Assembly: GCA_019058315.1 (NCBI GenBank)
Contig: JAHPZH010000001.1
Span: 407,536 to 471,535, forward strand
Direction: 5' to 3'
DNA: 64,000 nt
DNA from: Candidatus Helarchaeota archaeon
GTDB lineage: Archaea; Asgardarchaeota; Lokiarchaeia; Helarchaeales; RDOG01
Positions 1 through 9,245 of the stretch are shown piece after piece (position 1 is the first letter of the stretch; each line of letters begins with the position of its first letter). The position numbers were made by a program, and so were the translations under genes. The notes below the pieces were generated by a model. That model saw only the letters and a program-made list of their open reading frames with translations. It did no database searches and was not told where the DNA came from.

Positions 1-252
1 GATGATAAACCTGTAGTCATTGATGTGAATAGTAAGGCAGGAAGTCTAGGAGAAGTCCAAGAAAAAATTAATTCAAATGAACATAATCCATTTGAATACT
101 TTTTAAATAAATGTCAAAGATATTCTAAAAAGGAATATGAAGCACAAATGAAATATTTAGAAAAATTTAATACTGAAAATCTAAAAATCAGAACTTTAGA
201 TGGAATTTTTACAGTCAAAGATAAAAAAATTGAGAATCTGATAGCTAACTAA
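1..252 (+). CDS. C-terminal fragment of a probable ATP-grasp-fold protein (5' end outside window)
   Basis: Frame is open from base 1 (DDKPVVIDVNSKAG...). PVVIDVN resembles the ATP-grasp C-terminal 'P.v(I/L)(E/D)vN' strand. Confidence 0.4.
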   Translation, partial: DDKPVVIDVNSKAGSLGEVQEKINSNEHNPFEYFLNKCQRYSKKEYEAQMKYLEKFNTENLKIRTLDGIFTVKDKKIENLIAN

Positions 253-358
253 GAAAGTAAAAATATATACGATTTATCCACATTCTTGTTCTATACTGCT
301 ATATTCACAAAAAATCTGATAGGAATAAAAAAAAAAATTCAATATTTGAGGTTTTAAA

Positions 359-667
359 TTGGGTAGAAAAAAGATATTTGAAGGGTTACTTGAAGGCACG
401 ATATCTGGAGAGCCAATAACGAGAGTTGCAGGTGATCAACGTAGTACATCGAGCACGACTTATTTTTCTATGAGATTGAACGGAAAGATAGAGGGAATTC
501 CAGAAGAATTCGTAGTGGTCGCCACTAGACGCCGATTCGCCTACGTGAGAAAGGGTGATGAAGTTGCCATTGAAGGGAATTTATTTAAACTGATAGAAAA
601 CGATTTGGAATATTATGGGATGGAATTAGTAGCAATTTATAATAAGACGCTCAAAACTGGGACCTAG
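359..667 (+). CDS. Hypothetical protein, possibly OB-fold
   Basis: 102 aa, TTG start after GAGGT. Beta-rich, with VRKGDEVAIEG typical of OB folds. Confidence 0.5.
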   Translation: MGRKKIFEGLLEGTISGEPITRVAGDQRSTSSTTYFSMRLNGKIEGIPEEFVVVATRRRFAYVRKGDEVAIEGNLFKLIENDLEYYGMELVAIYNKTLKTGT

Positions 668-1036
668 AGTCTAAAGAATTTAAATAAGGGTGGCAATTTA
701 AAGTAATTTAGATATCGCCCTTATACTTCCATTTTTCTCCAGTTCAAAAAAAGTAAATACGGTATTTTAAAGAAATAATCTTATCTAACAATCTTTAAAT
801 AGTCGAAATATCTCCTGGTTACTTCTAATTTTAAAAAATTCATTGGTACAAAACAAAATCTTTATAAATTGACATTTTCCTCTACAATTTTTTTGTACAC
901 ACATATTTTTTTTATGCAAAGATAGTAAATTTTTAAATTTTTATTCCTTGCAATAAAAAAATTGATATAAAGCCCTAACCAAAAAATTTATATGTATCCG
1001 AGTACAACAATAATACATAAAACAAAGTGATCAAAA

Positions 1037-1783
1037 ATGGATATAATTGAAGATAAAAATAAAAAAATCTTAGATTTAGCAGAAAGAAAGTATCTAGAAA
1101 ATAAAAGAATAGAAAATAGATCTCAGAATGTAAAATTATTATTATATGATCAACCTCAAGCAACAGAGTCAAAAGTTTATTATTCTCCCGAGTCCTTTTG
1201 TTACCAACAATGTACAGAGCTTTTAAATTCTTCAAATAACTCTGAAACTCAAGAAGGGAATATTATTTCTGATGTAACAAATACAAAGCCAAATCAAGCT
1301 GATAATCAACAATTTTGGAAAGGAAAGTTAGAATTATTACAAGTGGAAAAAGGGTACAAAATAAGATTTAGCTTTAGTAGTGAGTTTCTTTTCTACAATC
1401 CTGAAAATGGTCTCAAGGAAATTATAAAAAATTATATGAGCTTCTTAGATGATTCTTGGATAGAATTTACAAACAATGCTGCAAAAGAATTTCAATCAAA
1501 AAATTTTAAGGAAAATGATAACCGGAAAGAACCAGAAGACAAAATATGCGAAAATTGTCAGACTGTCAATAAACATAACTTTACATATTGCATTTATTGT
1601 GGTTTATCCCTCACGGGATGTTCTGTCTGTCTATCAAAAATTGAATCTAGTGAAGATATTCTTAAATGTCCATATTGTGAGGCTATAGCTCATAAAAGTC
1701 ATTTATTAGAATGGTTGAAGCTTAAAGGTGTATGTCCCGTTTGTAAATATCCATTAAAATGGAAAAATAATGAATTAACATGA
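1037..1783 (+). CDS. Zinc-ribbon + C-terminal RING-type finger protein (putative E3-like)
   Basis: CENC..CIYC ribbon, then CSVC-x12-CPYC-x4-HKSH-LLEW-x6-CPVC. Confidence 0.75.
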   Translation: MDIIEDKNKKILDLAERKYLENKRIENRSQNVKLLLYDQPQATESKVYYSPESFCYQQCTELLNSSNNSETQEGNIISDVTNTKPNQADNQQFWKGKLELLQVEKGYKIRFSFSSEFLFYNPENGLKEIIKNYMSFLDDSWIEFTNNAAKEFQSKNFKENDNRKEPEDKICENCQTVNKHNFTYCIYCGLSLTGCSVCLSKIESSEDILKCPYCEAIAHKSHLLEWLKLKGVCPVCKYPLKWKNNELT

Positions 1784-1859
1784 TGTAGGGGATGGGGGAC
1801 CAATTTCTAAAATGAAAAAAATCATTAAAAAACTAGAAAATTTTAGTTAGGGGAAGTAG

Positions 1860-2450
1860 ATGAAGATACGTTCAGTTTCTAGACGCAGAATAATTAAAGA
1901 AATATTCGAAAGTTTAAATGATAATAAAAAAAAGCGGAAATTACCAAATTTAGTAAAGATTTTTATAGTAATTACAATAGCTTCAATCATTTTTGGGAGT
2001 ACCTTTGGAATCCTCGTTAGGAATAATATGAAAGTAAAAGAAGATATATTTAATTTTTTATTTCTTCTAGTAAGATTACCTGCTAACTTTAGATTCCAAG
2101 TAACTTCCAGTTCTGATTGGAGGGGGGCATTTGGAGAAGGGTGTGATTATTGTACTGAAATAAATAAACCAGCAGGTTCATATAATATAACAATTACAGG
2201 TGATAACGCATGGGGCTATTTTCATAAAAAATCTACAACTGGTTATATTGAAGTGGCCCTTTATGTAAATAATGAATTAGTTGACTATGAAATTACATAT
2301 TCATCAAATTATGAAATACATATGGATGAGGATAAACCCCTAACAATAATCGATATGTTAGTCTTATTTATTGCTATGGATACTGAAGGAAAATTGGGAA
2401 ATACTTTCAAGTGGGGGTGTTGGTTATATTATACAAAACCTCCATTATAA
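1860..2450 (+). CDS. Membrane-anchored hypothetical protein
   Basis: Basic N-terminus, hydrophobic helix IFIVITIASIIFGSTFGIL, then a small beta-rich domain. Confidence 0.55.
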   Translation: MKIRSVSRRRIIKEIFESLNDNKKKRKLPNLVKIFIVITIASIIFGSTFGILVRNNMKVKEDIFNFLFLLVRLPANFRFQVTSSSDWRGAFGEGCDYCTEINKPAGSYNITITGDNAWGYFHKKSTTGYIEVALYVNNELVDYEITYSSNYEIHMDEDKPLTIIDMLVLFIAMDTEGKLGNTFKWGCWLYYTKPPL

Positions 2451-2764
2451 CTTTTTTAGTTATTAGAAAATAGGTTGTAGAAAGTATGAATAAATTTAAT
2501 GTTTTTCCATTAATATTAAGCGCAATTCTATTATCACTAGTTATAGATTTACATTTTCTATTTAAAAAGCATTTAAATAAATTTAAAATTTATCAAAAAA
2601 ATTACATGTTTTAATTAAAAAGGGTTTATAAGATCGCACAAAACTGTCCCTCCTCTATTTAAATATTTATAAACAATGATTTTAACAAAATTATTGAGGA
2701 ATTTTTGCATTCTTAACATAAAAATTCCGATTTAAAATGTTAGGGAATAAATTTAATAATAAAA

Positions 2765-5740
2765 ATGGGCGTTAAAATGCAAAAGATTAAAAGATACATA
2801 ATATTTTTAACATGTATACTATATTTTGGCACTACATTTTATTTTTCATTCTCAACAAACCAATCCCTTCTTAATACAAATTTATCTGATGAAGAAAATT
2901 TGAATTTAAACGAGCAAATATCACTCTCTTCTGAATCAAAATCAAAAAAATCAATTCTTATTGATTCTTTAATTCAAAAATACAATTTTATACCACCACA
3001 ATTTAATTACTCTAATATTTATGATTGGAAAAAAACAACATTCAAAGCAGATAGAGATTTTGATGGCTTGAATGATCAACTCGCAAAGAGATTAGAAGTA
3101 ATGTTAGAACCAAATATAGTTATTGATAGTAATGGAAATAATTTTTTATCTAAAGATGATATTATTGGCGGATTCTTTGGTAATGAGAAAAAGAATTCCG
3201 AACACTTGTCTTATAATCATGTTCCTGTTATTATTAATTTTCCTGATGGTGAAATAAATTCAATTTTTCCTCTTTTCGAATCTTTAGGTGGTGAAATTAA
3301 ATCAAAATATTCTACTTCTATTAATGGATTCGCAGGGACCATTAATTATAATGGATTAAATCTATTTTGTAATATATTGAATGATCAAGAAGTGCCTTTT
3401 ATTGTTGAAGAAGATAGTACAAGTTCACTACGAAATTACATTATGACTACTGGTGGATTTTATTGGATAGATGCTACATATGGATATCGCTGTAGTCTAA
3501 GTGGAGCTGACGATTCTGCTCAAACTTTAAGTCTACCTTTTACATTTCCCTTTTATGATAACTCATTTGATACTATCTATGTTTGCACAAATGGTTTTGT
3601 GAGTTTTACTCGTTATACTAATTATTACAATATTGCCTTTCCTACAACTTCTTATTACAATATGATTGCTCCATTTTGGGATGATTTAGTAGCTGCTAGT
3701 CCCTGTAATATATATTATCGATCCTTGTCAAATCCAAATCGATTTGTTATTGAATGGAAAGATATCTATAGTTATGGAGGATCCAGGGTGGGTACATTCG
3801 AAGTTATTTTGTATGAAACAGGAGATATAATATTCAGTTATGATTATTTAGATTATGTTAATACTTATACCTCTGGATTAAATTATGGGTATGATCTCGG
3901 TTATTATAATCAATATACTGGTTTATCTTCTTATACAAATGATTTTTCTATACATTTTGAATATGTAGGAGATTCTCCCCCAGAAGATCCACCAGATCCT
4001 GATGATCCTATCCCTGATCCCGTCCCTGATCCTGTCCCCAATTTAGACCCCGCAATACTTTCAAAGTTACCTCAATTTGGACCTAATTCATCTGCTTATT
4101 CTATAGCTGCTATATTTATAGTATTTCTAGTTATAATCGCGGGTGTAACAATCAGCAAAGTCTATAATAAAAGAGAAGTAATAGAACCTACTATTATAGA
4201 TCCTAGTATAAGGAAAGAGGATGTAGTATCTCATAAAAAAATGAGAAGTGTCAGAGATGAGAATACTAATTCATGGAGTCCAATAAAAAATGAAAATAGG
4301 AAGAGAGCTATAATTCTAAAAAAAGTTGGAAATCGATATAGAGCATCTAAAAATTATGAAAATGCTATTAATTCTTATGAAAGGGCACTTAAACTAAATC
4401 CAAATGATAAAGAGACTAAATTATTACTAATGCAATGCAAGACTGAATTAGTATCTATAAACAGATCCAAAGTAATTATTGCACCACCACCTAATGTTCT
4501 TATAACCCCTCCTCCTGAACAGATCCATAAAAATTGGTATAGTTTGGGCTTAAAATCTCTTAAAGAAGGAAGCTATGAGGATGCCATCCGCTATTTCAAA
4601 AAAGAAATCGAACTCAACCCAAGTTTTAGAGATGCTTGGAGTAAAATGGGTATAACTTATGGTAGATTAAAAAACTTTCAAAAAATGACAGAATGTTATA
4701 AGAAAGTAATTGAAATTGATCAAACAATTAAAGATTCTCCTGAATCAGAACCAATCACAACAAGTAAAGAAATATCTCGCCAATCTATTTTATTGACAGT
4801 GGAAGAACCAGAAAGAAGAAAAAAATCCGCTAAAGATTGTTATATTATGGGTTATGAATTCTCATTATTAAAGAATTATAATAAAGCCATTAATTATTTT
4901 AAAAGAGCTATCAAAATCGAACCTAAATTTAAAGAAGCATGGTTTGAATTAGGGAAGTGTTACTCAAAGACTGGCGTTATTGATAATGTTATTAAATGTA
5001 ACTTAAAATCAATTGTTATCAATCCAAAATTAATAAAAGCATGGGAATTTTTAGCTATTGCATATTTAACATCGGGTGATTATCAAAAAGCTATTAAATG
5101 TTATGAAAAAATAGTTGAAATTGATCCAAAATCAAAAAGGACTTTGAAAATTTTAGGATTATTCTATTATAACATTGAAAATTATCAAAAAGCAATTGAA
5201 TTCTATAAGAAAGTCCTAGATATTGAATTATATGACAAAAAAACTTGGATTAATCTAGTAAAGTGTTATAGCAAATTGGAAAATCACCAAAAAGTGATTG
5301 ATTGTTGTGAAGAAATTGTTAAGATGGATCCATTGGATAAAAAAGGATGGTATAACTTAGGTGTTGCTTATTCACACTTAAAAGATCATAATAAATCATT
5401 CGATTGTTTTATGAATGCTAACAAAATCGATCCTCTTGATGAAAAGATATTAAGAATTTTAAATTCATTAAGAAATAAAGAATCAAAAATTGAAGATAAT
5501 AAAAACCGTAAAAATGACCAGAAACATATAATTACTGAAGAAATGCTAGATGACGAAGCTGAAAAATGGTATAAGATGGGAAATCTATTTTTCCATCTTC
5601 AACATTATAAAAAAGCAATCGAATTTTATGTAAAAGTAGTTGCAAAATTCCCTCAGTTCAAAGATGCCTGGCATAAAATGGGTATTTCCTTTGGGAGATT
5701 AGGAAACTTACAAAAATTAATCGAATATTCAAAAAAGTAA
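2765..5740 (+). CDS. Single-pass membrane protein: signal, I9-like propeptide, NIDO-like domain, Pro/Asp linker, TM, cytoplasmic TPR array
   Basis: LGGEIKSKYSTSINGFAGTI (propeptide-like); LPFTFPFY..TNGFVSF..IAPFWDDL..FEVILYETGDI (NIDO-like); TM IAAIFIVFLVIIAGVTI; >10 TPRs (W..LG......Y.KAI..Y.K.I..DP). Confidence 0.8.
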   Translation: MGVKMQKIKRYIIFLTCILYFGTTFYFSFSTNQSLLNTNLSDEENLNLNEQISLSSESKSKKSILIDSLIQKYNFIPPQFNYSNIYDWKKTTFKADRDFDGLNDQLAKRLEVMLEPNIVIDSNGNNFLSKDDIIGGFFGNEKKNSEHLSYNHVPVIINFPDGEINSIFPLFESLGGEIKSKYSTSINGFAGTINYNGLNLFCNILNDQEVPFIVEEDSTSSLRNYIMTTGGFYWIDATYGYRCSLSGADDSAQTLSLPFTFPFYDNSFDTIYVCTNGFVSFTRYTNYYNIAFPTTSYYNMIAPFWDDLVAASPCNIYYRSLSNPNRFVIEWKDIYSYGGSRVGTFEVILYETGDIIFSYDYLDYVNTYTSGLNYGYDLGYYNQYTGLSSYTNDFSIHFEYVGDSPPEDPPDPDDPIPDPVPDPVPNLDPAILSKLPQFGPNSSAYSIAAIFIVFLVIIAGVTISKVYNKREVIEPTIIDPSIRKEDVVSHKKMRSVRDENTNSWSPIKNENRKRAIILKKVGNRYRASKNYENAINSYERALKLNPNDKETKLLLMQCKTELVSINRSKVIIAPPPNVLITPPPEQIHKNWYSLGLKSLKEGSYEDAIRYFKKEIELNPSFRDAWSKMGITYGRLKNFQKMTECYKKVIEIDQTIKDSPESEPITTSKEISRQSILLTVEEPERRKKSAKDCYIMGYEFSLLKNYNKAINYFKRAIKIEPKFKEAWFELGKCYSKTGVIDNVIKCNLKSIVINPKLIKAWEFLAIAYLTSGDYQKAIKCYEKIVEIDPKSKRTLKILGLFYYNIENYQKAIEFYKKVLDIELYDKKTWINLVKCYSKLENHQKVIDCCEEIVKMDPLDKKGWYNLGVAYSHLKDHNKSFDCFMNANKIDPLDEKILRILNSLRNKESKIEDNKNRKNDQKHIITEEMLDDEAEKWYKMGNLFFHLQHYKKAIEFYVKVVAKFPQFKDAWHKMGISFGRLGNLQKLIEYSKK
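3976..4050 (+). repeat. Imperfect 12-bp coding tandem repeat (PDPV/PDPI linker)
   Basis: Units resembling cctgatcc(c/t)gtc encode PPEDPPDPDDPIPDPVPDPVP. Confidence 0.7.
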
Positions 5741-5778
5741 AACATATCGCTGATTAAAATAATTTATAAATTTTTTAT

Positions 5779-6699
5779 TTAATCTAAATTCTCTTTAACC
5801 GCTTTTAAAACCTTTTCAATAAATTCTGATGATAATTTATCATTTTCGTCTAATAAATTGGCATAAGAAAACCCCGATCTATCAAAATGACCTCCACCAC
5901 CAAATTCCTCTGCTATTTTTTTAGCATTTATATCATGACTTTTTATGCTTACTAACTGAAAACGAGGATTGACGCCAAATACAATATCTGCATCGAAATT
6001 TTTTAGTAAATAACGAGTTTGTTTGCCTGTAGCAAAAAATGGTGAAAAGGAAATAACAACTTTTACTCTATCTATTTTAAATTCTTTAGCTCTTTCTTCA
6101 AGCTTCTTATATTCAATTTTTTCTTCTTTTAAGTAAATATCATATTGTTCTTGAATCCATTTATGCTCAAATTCCCCCTTAGAAAGTAAAAATACAATTT
6201 TTTGAATATTTTCCTGATTTTTTTGGTTTATTTCTATTATTGCTTGTAAACGATCAGATTCAAAATTTTCTATTGTATTGTCCCTATAATGTGACAATAA
6301 TGCAATTTTTTTAGCAATTTCATCATCAGGAAGGAACATTTGTTGTGTTAATTCCGCAGCAACAGTTTTATCTGCTGCATGAATAAAATCATTTATATAT
6401 TTTTTTAACTCTGCCTTATCTGGTTCCGATATCAAGTGATGATCAATCCAACACACATTCTTTATTTTTCCTAGGAGCTCGTAAACTGTTCTATAGGATT
6501 CATTAAATCCAATATCTGTAATATACAAAATATCTGGATTTAAATCAATAATCTTTTTAATAAATTCATTAAATTCACTATAAAAAGTTTGAAAGCACAC
6601 AAGATCAGGGAATTTTCTTAATAATATTGCTTGTGCTCCAATACCGTCAACATCTTCGATATGTGTTAAACTAATTCTATGCTTTCTTGTTATATTCAA
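5779..6699 (-). CDS. DHH/DHHA1 phosphoesterase (NrnA-like)
   Basis: HIEDVDG, ITDIG, WIDHH and C-terminal GGGGH motifs. Confidence 0.85.
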   Translation of the reverse strand: MNITRKHRISLTHIEDVDGIGAQAILLRKFPDLVCFQTFYSEFNEFIKKIIDLNPDILYITDIGFNESYRTVYELLGKIKNVCWIDHHLISEPDKAELKKYINDFIHAADKTVAAELTQQMFLPDDEIAKKIALLSHYRDNTIENFESDRLQAIIEINQKNQENIQKIVFLLSKGEFEHKWIQEQYDIYLKEEKIEYKKLEERAKEFKIDRVKVVISFSPFFATGKQTRYLLKNFDADIVFGVNPRFQLVSIKSHDINAKKIAEEFGGGGHFDRSGFSYANLLDENDKLSSEFIEKVLKAVKENLD

Positions 6700-6702
6700 A
6701 AT

Positions 6703-7497
6703 TTATAACCCTGTATAGTTTTTTTCTTCTATTATGTATTTCTTTGCAAATTTTTTAAATCGCATAGTACCTTGTCCCTCAATTAATATCTTTGTAACCT
6801 TATTCACATCAATAAATTTCATGCCCCCAATGATATCCACTCCGGCTTTAAATAAAGTGTCCGGAAGCATTCCTACTGTGGGCCCTATTATTGCCTTCCT
6901 TGAATTTTCAGCCAATTTGAGTATATCGTCAATAGTATTATTAATAAGTGTTGTACCGGTTATGATTGCAACATCTATATTCTCCAATACAGATGTGTCA
7001 GTTGTTATTTCTACCCCTTGAATGTTACTTATTTTTTCTGGATCGTTTTCAATAATTACCAAGTTCTTCACTTTTGAAACAATTTTTGGGATCATAGGTC
7101 TAAATAATCCTACCATCCCCACCTTATCGGTTTTTTGTAATTGCAATTTATCAAGTACATCATTTTTAAAATTAAATTTGAATGAATTTTCATCAAAGAT
7201 ATGCTGTGAATAAGCATTAATAGCGGAAATTCCTAAAACTCTGTCTATTATTCGATTTGATTCACAAAAATCTATTAATCTCGATAAAGAATAAGATGTT
7301 AAATCTCCCCATTTATTAGTTAAAAAGCAGTCTTTTGAGTAGAAATTAACTAAAGAATGACTAACACCAATTTGATCATTATCTAATCTAACACATGAAT
7401 AGATTAATCCAAGAATTACCTGTTTAACTTTAGGAGGATTAATGCTACTATATTTCTCCCTAATAAATTTAAGAAGTTCATTTAGAATTTTCGACAG
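6703..7497 (-). CDS. DUF364/DUF4213 Rossmann-like protein, 264 aa (probable CTG start; ORF track gives only 6703..7146)
   Basis: Frame stays open 117 codons upstream of 7146 (VILGLIYSCVRL..LGISAINAYSQ) to CTG at 7497-7495, preceded by GAGGAG. C-terminal VGMVGLF.P, ITGTTLINNT and GPT motifs. Confidence 0.8.
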   Translation of the reverse strand: MSKILNELLKFIREKYSSINPPKVKQVILGLIYSCVRLDNDQIGVSHSLVNFYSKDCFLTNKWGDLTSYSLSRLIDFCESNRIIDRVLGISAINAYSQHIFDENSFKFNFKNDVLDKLQLQKTDKVGMVGLFRPMIPKIVSKVKNLVIIENDPEKISNIQGVEITTDTSVLENIDVAIITGTTLINNTIDDILKLAENSRKAIIGPTVGMLPDTLFKAGVDIIGGMKFIDVNKVTKILIEGQGTMRFKKFAKKYIIEEKNYTGL

Positions 7498-7516
7498 TTT
7501 ATTCTCCTCTTTTCAT

Positions 7517-8842
7517 TTATTTGAATTGGTTTAAAAGATTTAACATTTGATTATAAACATAAATTCCTGCAACTGGAGAAAAAGATACGATTCCAGTTTC
7601 ATAGCCTCCTATGAAATATTCTTCTGGTGGATAAAGATATCCAATCCAATCATTTCCCAGTTCAATAATAAACGTCTTCTTTATTGGTGATTTAGATATT
7701 AATTTTTTTCCTAAATCAACAAATAATTCTCCAGGAATGCTTAAAATTAAAATATCATTTATCTTAATGGCTTGTAATTCAGTCTGGAAATACCAGTTCC
7801 CTCCTATTTTAATAAAACTGACGTACGACATATTTGAACGATTATAATTCAAGAGAGTTGTGATCAACAGTTTTTTGAATTTAAAAGAAATATGTCTCAT
7901 TATAGATTTCCTGGAATTATCCTCCATCATATCTTTAAGTGGAACATTGATAATTTCTGAGACTACTTTAATATCATCTATTTTAGAACACTTTATCATT
8001 TTCGCGATTTCTAAAGCACCTTCCCCTAATGAATATCCAATTCTCATTGTAGTTTTATAATTCCCTAATCGATTGAACTCGCCATAACTTGACTTACTAA
8101 TTCTTTCTTTCGTGATTAAATGAAATGGTTCATTTTCTGGATATAGATTAGGATTAAGATCACCACAAGGACCATTAGTATACATTGAAAAGACTTTATT
8201 ATTCGTTAATTGCTTAATTCTTCGAACTAAATAACCTGGAAATTCACCAGTTAGTAACGTATTATCCCTTGGTAGAGTAGTTGCATGACAAGCGTAATTA
8301 GTTAGTAAGCCTCGCATTTCACCATTATCAGAGTTGACTCTTAATACGCTTAAGTCAAATTTCGTATCTTTCTGTGGATCTCTTCGATTTAACATGACCC
8401 TTTTTTCAAATTGTTGTTTTTCTAGACCAATTTTTCCGGGTTCTGCGTTCTTTTTAGCCAAAATGGCGGATCTCACTATTTTTAATTCAATTTGAGTCAT
8501 CATTTCTAAGTTAAATGTAGGAGTGAAGAACCCCTTAATGTCAAAAAGTCCTAAAGTGTCTGGTCCACTATGGTTATGATGTGCAGAAATTAAAATATTT
8601 TTAGGTTTCACACCAGTTTGTTTGGAGATTTTCCTCCTCATTCTCTGAACGAACTTATAAAAAATACACACAACTTCAACAGAAATTATAATAATTTCTT
8701 CAGTTCCATTAGAAAAGTATATTGCTCTTGCATATAAGTCATCATGGACACCTGTAGAATATCTTGTTGGTGCATAACCTCCCATTGGGACGCTTTCAAT
8801 ATTTGGAGTAAATTTAACTTCAGAAAATCCAATATATGACAT
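7517..8842 (-). CDS. Neutral/alkaline ceramidase-family amidohydrolase
   Basis: MGGY..R.STGVHDDLYARA, SAHHNHSGP, NYACHAT, GPCGDLNP, PGELF, GYE. Confidence 0.85.
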   Translation of the reverse strand: MSYIGFSEVKFTPNIESVPMGGYAPTRYSTGVHDDLYARAIYFSNGTEEIIIISVEVVCIFYKFVQRMRRKISKQTGVKPKNILISAHHNHSGPDTLGLFDIKGFFTPTFNLEMMTQIELKIVRSAILAKKNAEPGKIGLEKQQFEKRVMLNRRDPQKDTKFDLSVLRVNSDNGEMRGLLTNYACHATTLPRDNTLLTGEFPGYLVRRIKQLTNNKVFSMYTNGPCGDLNPNLYPENEPFHLITKERISKSSYGEFNRLGNYKTTMRIGYSLGEGALEIAKMIKCSKIDDIKVVSEIINVPLKDMMEDNSRKSIMRHISFKFKKLLITTLLNYNRSNMSYVSFIKIGGNWYFQTELQAIKINDILILSIPGELFVDLGKKLISKSPIKKTFIIELGNDWIGYLYPPEEYFIGGYETGIVSFSPVAGIYVYNQMLNLLNQFK

Positions 8843-9245
8843 TTTTTAATTACTCGAAATGATTTTAATTTGAATTTTGGTTTTTTAGATAATTATATTT
8901 ATTAATAAAACTAGATTAATTTATTATTTTAATCCTTTATTTCGATAAATTTTTTGAATTTTAACTTGAAAATACTATAAAAACAATTATTTATTTATTT
9001 CAATTACGAGGAAATTTAATTTTAAAGGAATATTTTTCTGATTCTTCAAGTTATAACTAATTATTATCATTATATTATTTAATTCTTCTAATATTTCCCT
9101 TAGAATATTTTTAGGAATCTAGTCTATGCTACAAGTAATAGTAATATGAAATCCAAAACAGCTTTATAAAGTAGTTTTCCAATAAATATAATTGTTATAT
9201 ATATGATATAACAAAAACTAATTTTAAAAAAAATGGTGAAAGTTA

